DNA from: Bacteroidia bacterium
GTDB lineage: Bacteria; Bacteroidota; Bacteroidia; J057
Direction of reading: 5' to 3'
NCBI GenBank assembly: GCA_046160275.1
Contig: JBJXHA010000271.1
Location: 1-43,009 of the forward strand
DNA: 43,009 bases
Below, piece by piece: positions 17,101-25,000 of this stretch. Under the pieces are notes generated by a model that was not told where the DNA came from, did not search any database, and was given only the letters and a program-made list of their open reading frames with translations. Every line of letters begins with the position of its first letter. Within the stretch, counting starts at the first letter, position 1. Position numbers and translations under genes: made by a program.

Positions 17101-17883
17101 GCGCCACTGGTAAATGCAGGGGCAGATGTTACGATTTGTCAAGGAGAATATGCAAATATTGGGGCAAATGGAATTAATGGAATTAATTATGCTTGGGCAC
17201 CTGCCGCGACTGTTGTAAACCCCAATATTGCGAGTACTTTGGCGGCTCCCAATGCTACGACTAATTATATTTTAACTGCCACCAATGGTGCTACAGGTTG
17301 TGCAAGCAAAGATACCGTAAAAGTTACAGTAAATCCTGCACCTAATGCAAATGCAGGTCCCAATAAAACAATTTCGCTAGGAGGAACGACTGCGATAGGA
17401 ACAGGGGCGCAAGCAAATGTAAGTTACAATTGGAGTCCGAGTATGACATTGAGTGCTGCTAATATTCCTAATCCAATTGCTTCTCCGACCACTACCACCA
17501 CATACATTGTAACGGCAACGAACAACAATAATGGGTGTATTGATAGAGATACAGTGGTTGTGTATGTTACTGCACCTATTTGGATTTCTTCTCATAACAA
17601 AACTACGGGAATTGACGAAAATCGTGCACAAAATACTGTATATCAAGTATATCCAAACCCTACGGAAAATGTATTGAATGTTACATCAGCAGAAATGATG
17701 GAAGGTGAGGTAAAACTTTCGATTAAAAATAGCATAGGGCAAACTTTATGGTTACATGAACTAAGCCTACAAGACGAAATGATAAATCATGTCATAGATT
17801 TGTCGAATTTTGCGCAAGGGGTATATTTCTTGCAAATAGAGCAGGCAGGGCAAATCATTACGCATAGAATTGTAAAGCAATAA
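11194..17883 (+). CDS. giant T9SS cargo: signal peptide, six-blade Kelch propeller, 23 tandem two-Cys Ig-like modules, type-A C-terminal sorting domain
   Basis: 2229 aa from ATG 11194 (MRSYQHL...SVHAQ); the ORF-track start at 11149 is a TTG. There are six Kelch-type repeats (AVGFxI..KGYIGTG...NDFWEFNP..N.WTQKA.FPG). The 23 modules span 12190..17577. The C-terminus YQVYPNPTENVLNV...GVYFLQIEQAGQIITHRIVKQ matches the Por_Secre_tail pattern. Confidence 0.9.
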   Translation: MRSYQHLTFATSLLWIFMGLTFSVHAQGTWTLKPQFGGVARKGAVGFSIGSKAYVGTGEAASGVFKDDLWQFDGTSWTQMANFPGGIRTQSVGFTINNKGYIGTGYNYSAGNFIYRNDFWEFNPTSNSWTQKADLPAQGRSEAVGFSIGGKGYIGTGYYYIQPIAEGLNDFWEYDPTTNQWTQKANFPAGKRYAAVGFAANNKGIVGTGRYINTYYSDMWEFNPNGNTWTSRPALPGGNRRRAVGFSLCDIGYVGTGEDVNGTKLSDFYQYQAATSSWAAITPFPGGTVESAAAFVFNNKGYIVTGNYTAGLSKIFYEFTPSTPCVNPCGLTQPAGADKTICSGNSVSIGSTSVGGMLYSWSPSTSLSSGSVANPTASPNNTTTYYVFITNAAGCFQTDTVVVTVKPSPTANAGAPQTICASQLVQIGQTAVAGVTYSWWPSTALSNPGISNPFATPTTTTTYTLYATGSNACTAQSSVTITVNSVPTGLAGANKSICIGQSTTIGLTSVSGLTYAWSPSTGLNATNIAMPTANPTTTTSYVLTATNSSNCQRKDTVVVTVNPLPTANAGADKNTCAGVPVQIGNTAAAGFSYVWTPTTGLSNPNIANPTATITSTTTYSLTVTNNQTNCSATDVMVVIVAPAPTANAGADKSTCAGTAVSIGSAAVTGVTYSWSPATGLSSATAANPSANPTTTTTYTVYASNGNCTVSDQVVVTVKPLPAANAGADQTICSGSSAQIGQTAVSGVTYLWSPSTGLSSATVANPSASPTSTTTYTLTATLNGCTKIDNVIITVAAAPTANAGADKTTCAGTAVSIGATAVAGVTYSWSPATGLSSATVANPSANPTTTTTYTVYASIGNCTKSDQVLVTVKPLPAANAGTDQTLCLGSSIQIGQNTVNGVSYSWSPATGLSSATIANPIASPTTTTTYTLTATLNGCTKTDNVTITVASSVTANAGADKTMCSGTPVSIGSAAVAGVTYLWSPATGLSSATVANPTANPTATTTYTLTASVGNCSSSDAVVVTVKPSPAANAGADKTICAGSSAQIGQTAVTGVTYSWSPSTGLSNANIANPVASPTATTTYTLTATLNGCSKTDVVIVNVGGSATANAGADKTMCIGSPVSIGATAVAGVTYSWFPTTGLSSAFVANPTANPTTTTTYTVYASVGNCGGSDQVIVTVNSLPTANAGADKTICAGGSVQIGTAAVSGMTYNWSPSTGLSNANTANPIASPTATTTYTLTVTNSNTGCSKTDVVIVNVSSGASVSAGADKFICTNGSTSIGGTAVTGASYSWSPATGLNNINIANPTASPSVTTTYIVYNLAATAGCGATDTVIVTVLTPPTANAGVDKTICAGASTTIGVAAVANLTYSWSPATGLSSAAVANPTASPTTTTTYTLTVTNQGGCSSTDVMIVTVNASPAANAGPDKMICIGNSVQIGATAVTGVSYSWSPATGLSSASASNPTASPTTTTTYTLTTTSASNGCSRTDQVTVTVNSLPQGTAGSDKNSCLGGNAQIGTTAVAGYSYSWSPATGLSSASVSNPTASPSVTTTYTLTITDNNTGCSKTDQVVVNITSGPGANAGADKGICQGQSVQIGTAAISGLTYLWTPSTGLNSTTGAQPFASPSVTTTYTLTVTDPNTACSSTDLVTVIVGPSASFNAGPDKAICIGGSVQIGAAPVSGYSYSWTPSTNLNNALVANPIANPTVTTVYQVTAYTTSGGCGAIDTVIVTVNSLPVANAGADKTVCSGLSAQIGSAAVSGITYSWTPTTGLSNPSISNPTASPLSATTYTVFAINSSTGCTTSDQVQVTVSTSPTANAGVDKTYCQGTPVQIGTTAVSGLTYTWSPSSTLSNAYVSNPLASPNFTTTYNLTVRNAAGCTATDQVTVTVNASLNASAGADKNICIGNTVQLGTTGATGVSYNWSPSTGLSSNTVANPISNATATTTYILTVVGNGCVDKDTVVVNVNPNVAPLVNAGADVTICQGEYANIGANGINGINYAWAPAATVVNPNIASTLAAPNATTNYILTATNGATGCASKDTVKVTVNPAPNANAGPNKTISLGGTTAIGTGAQANVSYNWSPSMTLSAANIPNPIASPTTTTTYIVTATNNNNGCIDRDTVVVYVTAPIWISSHNKTTGIDENRAQNTVYQVYPNPTENVLNVTSAEMMEGEVKLSIKNSIGQTLWLHELSLQDEMINHVIDLSNFAQGVYFLQIEQAGQIITHRIVKQ
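12190..17577 (+). repeat. 23 in-frame tandem repeats of 231-240 nt (77-80 aa) inside the giant CDS
   Basis: Consensus is ANAGADKTIC.G..VQIG..AV.GVTYSWSP.TGLS.A.VANPTASPT.TTTYTLT....GC...D.V.VTV...P, with one Cys near each end of almost every module. The array is 5388 nt, i.e. ~234 nt per module. Confidence 0.9.
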
Positions 17884-17963
17884 AGTAGGGGATAGTTGAT
17901 AATGAAAAATTACAATAATTGACCTATTCTTGTTTATTTGCGATAGTAAAATACGAAAAAAGG

Positions 17964-18006
17964 AAAGGTGTGGTTAAGTTTCGACTTAACTACACCTTTT
18001 TATTTT
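17964..18006 (+). terminator. intrinsic terminator after the giant gene
   Basis: 16-bp stem AAAGGTGTGGTTAAGT/ACTTAACTACACCTTT (one G-U pair), TTCG loop, followed by TTTTATTTT. Confidence 0.85.
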
Positions 18007-18070
18007 ACAAGGAATTTGCAAAAACGGAAAATTTCTTGTATTCTTGTGATAGATTATCGTATTACAAGAG

Positions 18071-18952
18071 ATGAAATTAACAATCACAGCCTATTCTACG
18101 GCTTTGTTTTCCACTTGGTATTTTATAGAAGAATTGAATTTGTTGTTAGATGCGGGTGAGGGTTTAACCTCTGCTTTATTGCATAAGGCAAGAAAAGTAG
18201 AAAATGTTTTTATTACACACGCAGATAGAGATCATTTGATGGGTTTACATCAGTTTAATCAACTCAATGCAAAACCTGGGTCTCCTACCATTCATTATCC
18301 AAAAGATTGTGGCTCTTTTCCTGCAATGGAAGCCTTTACAAAGAAGTTTGACACGCATGTTTCAGGTACAATTTGGACACCTTTGGTTGATGGCGAGAAA
18401 ATTTGGATAAAAGGCGATGTATATGTACAAGCAATTAAAAATCATCATGTTATCACACAAGAAGGTAAACATAGGAGCTTCGCTTATAAGGTAGTTTCTG
18501 TCAAACATAAACTCAAGCCAGAATTAACAAAGTTGCCCGCCAAGGAAATCCGAGCCTTGATTAAAACAGAAGGAAAAGAAAATACACACATCGAAATAGC
18601 AACGAATTTATTATGTTATAGCGGTGATACGCCCGTTGAAAATTTTGAACATTGGCATGGCTCACAGGTTTTGATTCACGAGGCTACTTTTTTAGGCGGT
18701 GAACATGATACAAATTTGTGGGTGCATGGAAATCAACATAGTACGTTGGAAGAGGTGATTGCTGCTGTGGCTAATATTAATTTAGAAACGTTGATTTTGG
18801 GACATTTTTCCTCTCGCTACTCTCCCGAAAGAATAGACGAAGAGATTAAAAAATTATGTAAAAAGTATCAAATCACGATTCCTGTGTACCGAATCTTGCC
18901 TGGACAAACTGTAAAAGATATTTTAAGCGATTCTACACACAGAGTTGTGTAA
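18071..18952 (+). CDS. MBL-fold metallo-hydrolase (RNase Z-like size)
   Basis: 293 aa. The metal-binding motif region is VFITHADRDHLMGL (HxDxDH rather than the canonical HxHxDH). Later His/Asp ligand candidates are KNHHV, YSGDT, LIHEATF and LGHFS. Confidence 0.7.
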   Translation: MKLTITAYSTALFSTWYFIEELNLLLDAGEGLTSALLHKARKVENVFITHADRDHLMGLHQFNQLNAKPGSPTIHYPKDCGSFPAMEAFTKKFDTHVSGTIWTPLVDGEKIWIKGDVYVQAIKNHHVITQEGKHRSFAYKVVSVKHKLKPELTKLPAKEIRALIKTEGKENTHIEIATNLLCYSGDTPVENFEHWHGSQVLIHEATFLGGEHDTNLWVHGNQHSTLEEVIAAVANINLETLILGHFSSRYSPERIDEEIKKLCKKYQITIPVYRILPGQTVKDILSDSTHRVV

Positions 18953-18976
18953 AGTCTTGCCTTTTCCTAAAAAAAT

Positions 18977-19612
18977 ATGCCAAGATACGAATTTTTAAGC
19001 CAAACGGTGCCGCCTGTCGAAATTGCCTTAGAATGGCAAAAATATGTGAACAAGGTGCGTTTATTTTACGACGGAGAATTGATTGATAATCAATATGATG
19101 TGAGTGATTATCAGGAAGGGCTCACTTTTACAACACCTGAAGGAAAAGAGTTGGTGGTTCAAATTCGAAAAGGTTGGGTGGAAGGATTTAATCAGGTAAA
19201 AGTTGATGTGCAAGGCGAAAATGCCACGCCACAACGCAAATTAGATGTCCTAAATCTTCGATTTAACACCTATTGGATAAGCGGAATTGGGATAATGAAT
19301 GTATTTATCGCAAGTTTATGGCTTTTGCAGGGGTTTAATTATCAAGTAATTACCACTTTTATAATTGCTTCTTTAGAATTTGGCTTGTTATTTTGGTTAA
19401 AAGAAATTCCTAATATACGCAACCAAAACCTTGTGTTATTCGCATTTTTATTAGATATTGTTTTATCATTTGCAGGTATTACGCCTCGAAAATGGATAAA
19501 ATTGGGCTTACTAGGCTACTTTTTGATTCGAAATTATCATTCAAAAACGGAAGAAGAACTGCCCGAAGATTTGGCAAACAAGATAGAACAAATCGGAAAA
19601 TCAGAAGAATGA
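18977..19612 (+). CDS. hypothetical membrane protein
   Basis: 211 aa. A ~95-aa soluble N-terminal part is followed by 3-4 hydrophobic helices. It starts 24 nt after the MBL gene, so it is likely co-transcribed. Confidence 0.6.
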   Translation: MPRYEFLSQTVPPVEIALEWQKYVNKVRLFYDGELIDNQYDVSDYQEGLTFTTPEGKELVVQIRKGWVEGFNQVKVDVQGENATPQRKLDVLNLRFNTYWISGIGIMNVFIASLWLLQGFNYQVITTFIIASLEFGLLFWLKEIPNIRNQNLVLFAFLLDIVLSFAGITPRKWIKLGLLGYFLIRNYHSKTEEELPEDLANKIEQIGKSEE

Positions 19613-19831
19613 CACACTTTTGGGAAAATTCTGTCATGGTATTACAACGAATTACCCGAAAAGTCGTATATTTACCCAAATTATGATTTAATTTGGACTA
19701 CCAAGACTGTTACAAAACTTGTTAGAGCTAAAAAAGCGAGAATCCCCTATTATTTATAGAATTTTTTTGCTTTTTTTGCGTTATCAAATTAGTTAAAAAA
19801 TCACACTACAAAATCCATTATCTAAAATATT

Positions 19832-21973
19832 ATGATTCGTTTTCTTTCATTATCCATCTTACTCTGTACCTATTTTGGCTCGCTGATGGCTCAACCTCTG
19901 CTGAATAAAAAGTTTGGGGAAGATAAAGGCGATAAAGCAGAAGCAATTGTGCAAACTACTAATGGTGATTACATCATGGTGGGTTATACTTTTCCAAAAG
20001 GAAGAGATAATGCCGACATTTGGGTGATTCGTATGTCCAAAAATGGGGATAAGCTGTGGGAATATAAGCCCCTAAAAGACGGACATGACTTTGTGTCTGA
20101 CTTAATTTTGGCAAAAGATGGCGATATCGTTGTTGCGGGAAATGTAGGCGTGAAAGGAGATAGTCGCAATACAAAAGGGTGGATTGCTAAGTTAGATGCA
20201 ACGAAAGGAACGCTTAAATGGGAAAAAACCTTTGGCACAAAAGGCGAAATTGTAAGAGATGTTATTCAAACTTCTGATGGCGCTTTTGTCTTTGCAGGTG
20301 CTTCAGCTACGATGACAAAAGGCTCTTATGATTTGTGGGTAGGAAAACTTTTTGTCAATGGGGATTTGATGTGGGAGAAAAAATATGGTGGCACGCAAGA
20401 TGATAGAGCGACAAGTGTCGTAGAAACAAAAGATAGAAATATTCTTGTTGGCGGCTATACCATGTCTTTTGGAAATGGCATGAAAGATATGGCTTTACAT
20501 AAAATAGAGCTTGCTACAGGGAAAGAAATGTGGAGTAAAACTTATGGCTCAACCTTAAATGATGTGCTAACAGGTTTGTTAGAACTTCCTAACGGACAAA
20601 TTATTCTTTGTGGAAATACACAATCTGATAAAACGCGCGGTGCTGGTAGAACGGATGGCGAGTTAATTTTGGTTGATAAGGCTGGAACAGTTATTTGGGA
20701 TAAATTATATGGCAAATCAGGAGATGATAGCTTCGAAAGTGTGATTAAATCGAATGATGGAAGCTTGGTTGTGGCAGGAAGTCTTGCTGATAAAGGAATG
20801 TGGGTGCAAAAAATCAATATGCAAGGTGAGGTTGTTTGGCAGGCTTCTACTACCAATGATTTAGATGAGCAAGCAAATGCAATTTCTGTTACCAAAGAAG
20901 GAGGATATATTGTAGCTGGGGTTTCTAAAAATGGTTCAGCTGGTGAAAGCGATGCTTGGGTGTTTACTGTAACGGATAAAGGTGCGTTTAAAAATGAAGT
21001 ACCAGCAGTTGCCGTAAATCCTGCAAAACCTACTTCTGACCCTAAAAAACCTGGCACCAATGATCCTAAGAAGCCAACCAAACCTAGCACTAACGGAACG
21101 TCTGTGGCGGGAACTCCAACCAAACCAGCTCCTGCAAAACCAACTCCTACAAAACCTGATGCAACCAAACCAAATCCAAACTTGACCTTGGAAAAAGGAG
21201 AAACTATCGAGGATTTGATGAAGCCAAACTTGTATATTTTGGCAGTGGGCGTTTCAGATTACAATGACCCTAAATACAACCTTACTTTTGCACATACCGA
21301 TGCTGATTCTGTGGCGGAAATGTTTGCAACGATGAAAGGGAAAATTTTCAGAAAAGTTCAAGTGAAAAAATTATTGAACCAAGATGCAAGTTTGGTTAAT
21401 ATTAAAGTAGCTATCAATGAGTTAGAGCAACAAGCGACCCAAAAAGACATGGTGTTAATGTTCTTTTCTTCTCATGGTGCGCTGGATAGTAAAGGAAATT
21501 TATACATTTTGCCTTATGATTTTAGCCCTGTAAGCCTTTTTGCTACGGGTTTGAATATCAAGGATATAACAAGCGGCGTAAATGGTACGCCTTGTAAAAA
21601 ATTGATTTTCTTAGATGCTTGTCATAGCGGCGAATCGGGCAATGATTTGTTAGAATTTGCTTCTTTAAAAGATGCGAGCATTGACAACATTGTGAAAGAA
21701 GTAGCGGAAGCTGATCCAGGAATTAGCATTATGACTTCTTCTACGGGCAAAGAGTATTCTTACGAAAAACCATCTTGGGGACACGGCGCATTTACAAAAG
21801 CTATTTTGGAAGCTTTGCGTGGTGGTGCTGATTTTAACAAAGACAAAACAATTGGTTTTGCAGAGTTAAACCTTTATGTTTCTGAAAGAGTAAAAGAATT
21901 GACCAAAGGGAAACAACATCCTTATACGCCTATCAATATTTTTGGAAACATTCCTTTGTTTGTTTTGCCATAA
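19832..21973 (+). CDS. exported caspase-family (peptidase C14) protein with an N-terminal seven-repeat propeller-like domain
   Basis: 713 aa with signal peptide MIRFLSLSILLCTYFGSLMAQ. Seven ~45-50-aa repeats (..DG..hhhG......D.Wh.Kh...G...W.K.YG) precede a Pro/Lys/Thr-rich linker at ~21015..21180. The caspase core has the His-Cys dyad motifs FFSSHGA (His codon 21473..21475) and FLDACHSG (Cys codon 21620..21622). Confidence 0.85.
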   Translation: MIRFLSLSILLCTYFGSLMAQPLLNKKFGEDKGDKAEAIVQTTNGDYIMVGYTFPKGRDNADIWVIRMSKNGDKLWEYKPLKDGHDFVSDLILAKDGDIVVAGNVGVKGDSRNTKGWIAKLDATKGTLKWEKTFGTKGEIVRDVIQTSDGAFVFAGASATMTKGSYDLWVGKLFVNGDLMWEKKYGGTQDDRATSVVETKDRNILVGGYTMSFGNGMKDMALHKIELATGKEMWSKTYGSTLNDVLTGLLELPNGQIILCGNTQSDKTRGAGRTDGELILVDKAGTVIWDKLYGKSGDDSFESVIKSNDGSLVVAGSLADKGMWVQKINMQGEVVWQASTTNDLDEQANAISVTKEGGYIVAGVSKNGSAGESDAWVFTVTDKGAFKNEVPAVAVNPAKPTSDPKKPGTNDPKKPTKPSTNGTSVAGTPTKPAPAKPTPTKPDATKPNPNLTLEKGETIEDLMKPNLYILAVGVSDYNDPKYNLTFAHTDADSVAEMFATMKGKIFRKVQVKKLLNQDASLVNIKVAINELEQQATQKDMVLMFFSSHGALDSKGNLYILPYDFSPVSLFATGLNIKDITSGVNGTPCKKLIFLDACHSGESGNDLLEFASLKDASIDNIVKEVAEADPGISIMTSSTGKEYSYEKPSWGHGAFTKAILEALRGGADFNKDKTIGFAELNLYVSERVKELTKGKQHPYTPINIFGNIPLFVLP

Positions 21974-22001
21974 TTAATTATTAATCAAAGATTTAAACTA
22001 T

Positions 22002-22042
22002 AAAAAAGGAGGCTCACTTTTTAAAAGTGAGCCTCCTTTTTT
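22002..22042. terminator. bidirectional intrinsic terminator
   Basis: AAAAAAGGAGGCTCACTTTTT AAAAGTGAGCCTCCTTTTTT has a perfect GC-rich 10-bp core with flanking A and T runs. It lies between convergent genes ending at 21973 (+) and 22055 (-). Confidence 0.9.
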
Positions 22043-22054
22043 ATTATATTTTAC

Positions 22055-25000
22055 CTATTCCAACTTAATATTCAGCATACCGCAAGCGTTTAGATTCGAT
22101 TCTAATTTCAATGACCGCTCCACCGTTCCATCGCTAATAGACATAGAAATCGTATTGGGCGGGACGTTTCCTAAATTATGTGCATATAAAATAATGAAAT
22201 TATCGCCCTCATTCAGCTCAACTTCAATAGCTTTCTTTGCTTTTTGCAAACCGAAATGTTCTAACACCCAAACACCATTGAGATTTAAAGAAAGTGTATC
22301 ATTGTCTTGCGCCCCATGATCCCACACTAATAGTTTTACTTTTTTATTATGAACAATCACTTCTTCGGGCTGTTTCACGCGCCTATCGAGAATAGATTGT
22401 GGCTTGCCTCCTTGTGAATATTTTACAAGTTCAGGCTTTTTCGGCTCTTTTTTAGGAGCAGGTGTAATAGGTTTCGGTTCTGGTTTGATGACGGAAGGTG
22501 TACTTACGACATCAGGGGTTTTTGGCTCATTTTTTTCAATGGGCTTTTCTTTTTTCTCATTTTTCGCCAACTTACAATCGTTTACGCGCTGAGGTTCAGA
22601 AGATTGTGCGCATTTAGCAGTAGGGGAGGAAACTAATACACGATAATCTCCTGCTTTTTTTGCATAAAAAGTAGGTTGAGTTGCGTTAGGAATCAAATTG
22701 CCGTCTATCGTCCAGCGATAGGTCAAATCTTTTTGCACTTTGGTAAATAATTTTACAGAATCTCCATTGCAAATAGTCAAAGGAGGCATTTCCATTTTGT
22801 TATCCTTAAAACCATAACGCGAAATCACCAAAGTAGGTGCTTTTTGAGGCGAAGGACTTGCATCAATCAAAGCGCGACCTCGTACATTTCCCGCAAAAAA
22901 CAAATCGCCATCATCATCAGTAAAAATTGTAGGCTCTTGGCGATCATCTTTGTTTGCATTTTGTCCCTGCCACAAAGCTGTCATCGGCTCTTTTGAACCA
23001 ACAATGTGGCGTGTCAAGAAATAATCATCAGGTGAGCGTGTGATGCCACATAAATAAATGTATTCTCCGCCTGTTTGCGCAATTCTCACCTTTTTTATTA
23101 CTGAAGAAGGTGCGTAAACGGCATCTTCCCAAGTAGGATTACCAAAATTATTATATTTATAAATACGATTATTTAATACAAGATAAATGAATCCATGACA
23201 ATCTATTTTCATGTCGCCTGTACCATTAGGCATCGGCGAAACGGCAATGCGTTTTACCCAGTCTTGCTTGCCATCTGCTGTAAATTTTGCCAAAAAGAAA
23301 TTATCTAAATTAAGGGCTGCCCTCAAAATAGGACTTCCAAAATTGGCAATTCGCTCAAATTCGCCAATCATATACACATTTCCTATACAGTCTGCTCCCA
23401 ATCTTGCGCCAAAATCGTCTTTCATTCCATCAACCGCAATTACGCGCATCCATTCTAATTTCCCAAAAGGATTGTGTTTTGTGAGAAAAACGCTCCCTCT
23501 CCCTGCGGGAAATAAGGTTTCTCCCTCCAATTCTAAAGTATCGGTAAACCTACCCATCGTAAAAATGTTCCCGTTTGCGTCAATTGTCATGCCCAAAGTA
23601 GTAGGGTTTTTAGTGTTTTTTTGCCAAAGAATTTTCCCTTCAGGCGAATATTTTGTTAGAAAACGACTGTCACTTGCCATAACAACATTCCCTTCCCCAT
23701 CAGCATTCATGTAAAAAGCCTCTTCTTCATAAGCTAATTTTTCAGTTTTTGACCAAAGCAAATTCCCTTTATAATCATAACTATTCAGAATCTTCTCCCC
23801 TTTGTGAATCCCACTTAATAAATAATTACCTTTTCCCACTTTGTCTAAACTCTTGACAATGAAATCTTTTGCTTCAAATTTAGGCAAAACAGCAGGAAAC
23901 CATTCAGGTTCTAATACTTCCTCTTTTGTTCCTTTGTTGGCATTTTGCTCATTTTGCAATAGAGGGGCTTGCATTTTTTCAATTTTTACGGCATTCGAAT
24001 AAGCAGCACAAGTTTTATTAGCGGCTTTTACGCGATAAATTCCCGGCGTATTGGCATAATAGGTTAAGGCTGTCGCACCTGGAATTGCAATGTCATTTTT
24101 TGTCCATTGATAATTGGTTTCATAGGATTTTTGAATCCGTAAAGGTGTTGAATCTTCTGGGCAAAGCCACTGAACACTTGCCGAAATTTGCGCTTCGGGT
24201 ATGTCATGGAAAAAAATCGGCTTAGGTTTTGAAGTTTCAGTACAACCCTCCATTCTTCTCACTACAAAGTAAACGCCTGATTCTTTGACATTTAACCATC
24301 TTTCTGTGGCATATAAAACGGGCTTGCTATCTTTATACCATTGGTAATTAACATCTTTCCCCATCGTAAAACCCACTTCAAGTATGACAGAATCGCCTTT
24401 ACATTTCACGATGCTTCCTTCTGGAAAAACGGTAATGTCTTTACAGGCTTTCAAATCTAAGCGAAAAATATCGTGGCTGCCGTAGGTATTGGTTTCAGAA
24501 CACCAATAAGCGTAACGCCCATCTGCGCTCATCTGAAAATCAAAATCATAACCTGCTGTGTTGATAGGTGAGCCAATGTTTTGGGGTTTACTCCAATTTG
24601 TCCAAGTATTGTCAAGCCGTTGAGAAAAGAAAATGTCATGATTTCCTCTTCCGCCATGCCCATTGCTATCAAAAAAGAGAAATTTGCCATCTGGCGAAAG
24701 GTAAGGTGCATCTTCATCGGCGGGAGTATTCAACACATCGCCCATATTTATGGGAGTTGACCAAGTAGAATCGTTAAGCGGGAAACATACGTATAAGTCT
24801 GTTCCGCCATAAGAGTCATCGGCTACATTCGTGATAATCAAGGTTTTATCTTTGGTTAAAAAGTAGTCCTTATATGCACCTTCGTGTGCATATCCCTTGA
24901 TAGTTAGCCCTTTTTGCTCGCCCCAACTCCCGTCAGTGTTATTTTTGATACAATAAGCAACCCCTGCATCTTTTTGCCCAATTCGATTTGAAACGCGATT

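Noticed and set aside
12190-17577. Regular ~234-nt tandem repeats considered as a CRISPR array, satellite, or DGR template/variable repeat pair.
   Set aside because: The repeats are contiguous with no spacers, in frame, and encode conserved protein modules. The repeat length is far above CRISPR size. No cas genes, reverse transcriptase or adenine-specific mismatch pattern is evident in the window.
11287-17646. Many 60-119-aa ORFs antisense or out of frame inside the giant gene (11287..11607, 12292..12480, 12820..13074, 13977..14204, 14208..14435, 14541..14762, 16090..16449, 17377..17646).
   Set aside because: All lie inside a 2229-aa ORF with coherent domain structure. Their translations are low-complexity, and pairs such as 13977/14208 simply mirror the sense-strand repeat periodicity. 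They are shadow ORFs.
20542-21168. 208-aa - strand ORF overlapping the caspase gene linker.
   Set aside because: It is antisense to the Pro/Lys/Thr-rich linker and gives a Gly/Val/Leu/Phe-rich low-complexity translation. The sense ORF has clear domains.
23211-23714. 167-aa + strand ORF inside the 1089-aa gene, plus 22404..22592, 24568..24768 and 25009..25239.
   Set aside because: They are antisense shadows inside a long ORF with recognisable PD40 and Ig-like motifs. No promoter box or recognisable motif supports them.
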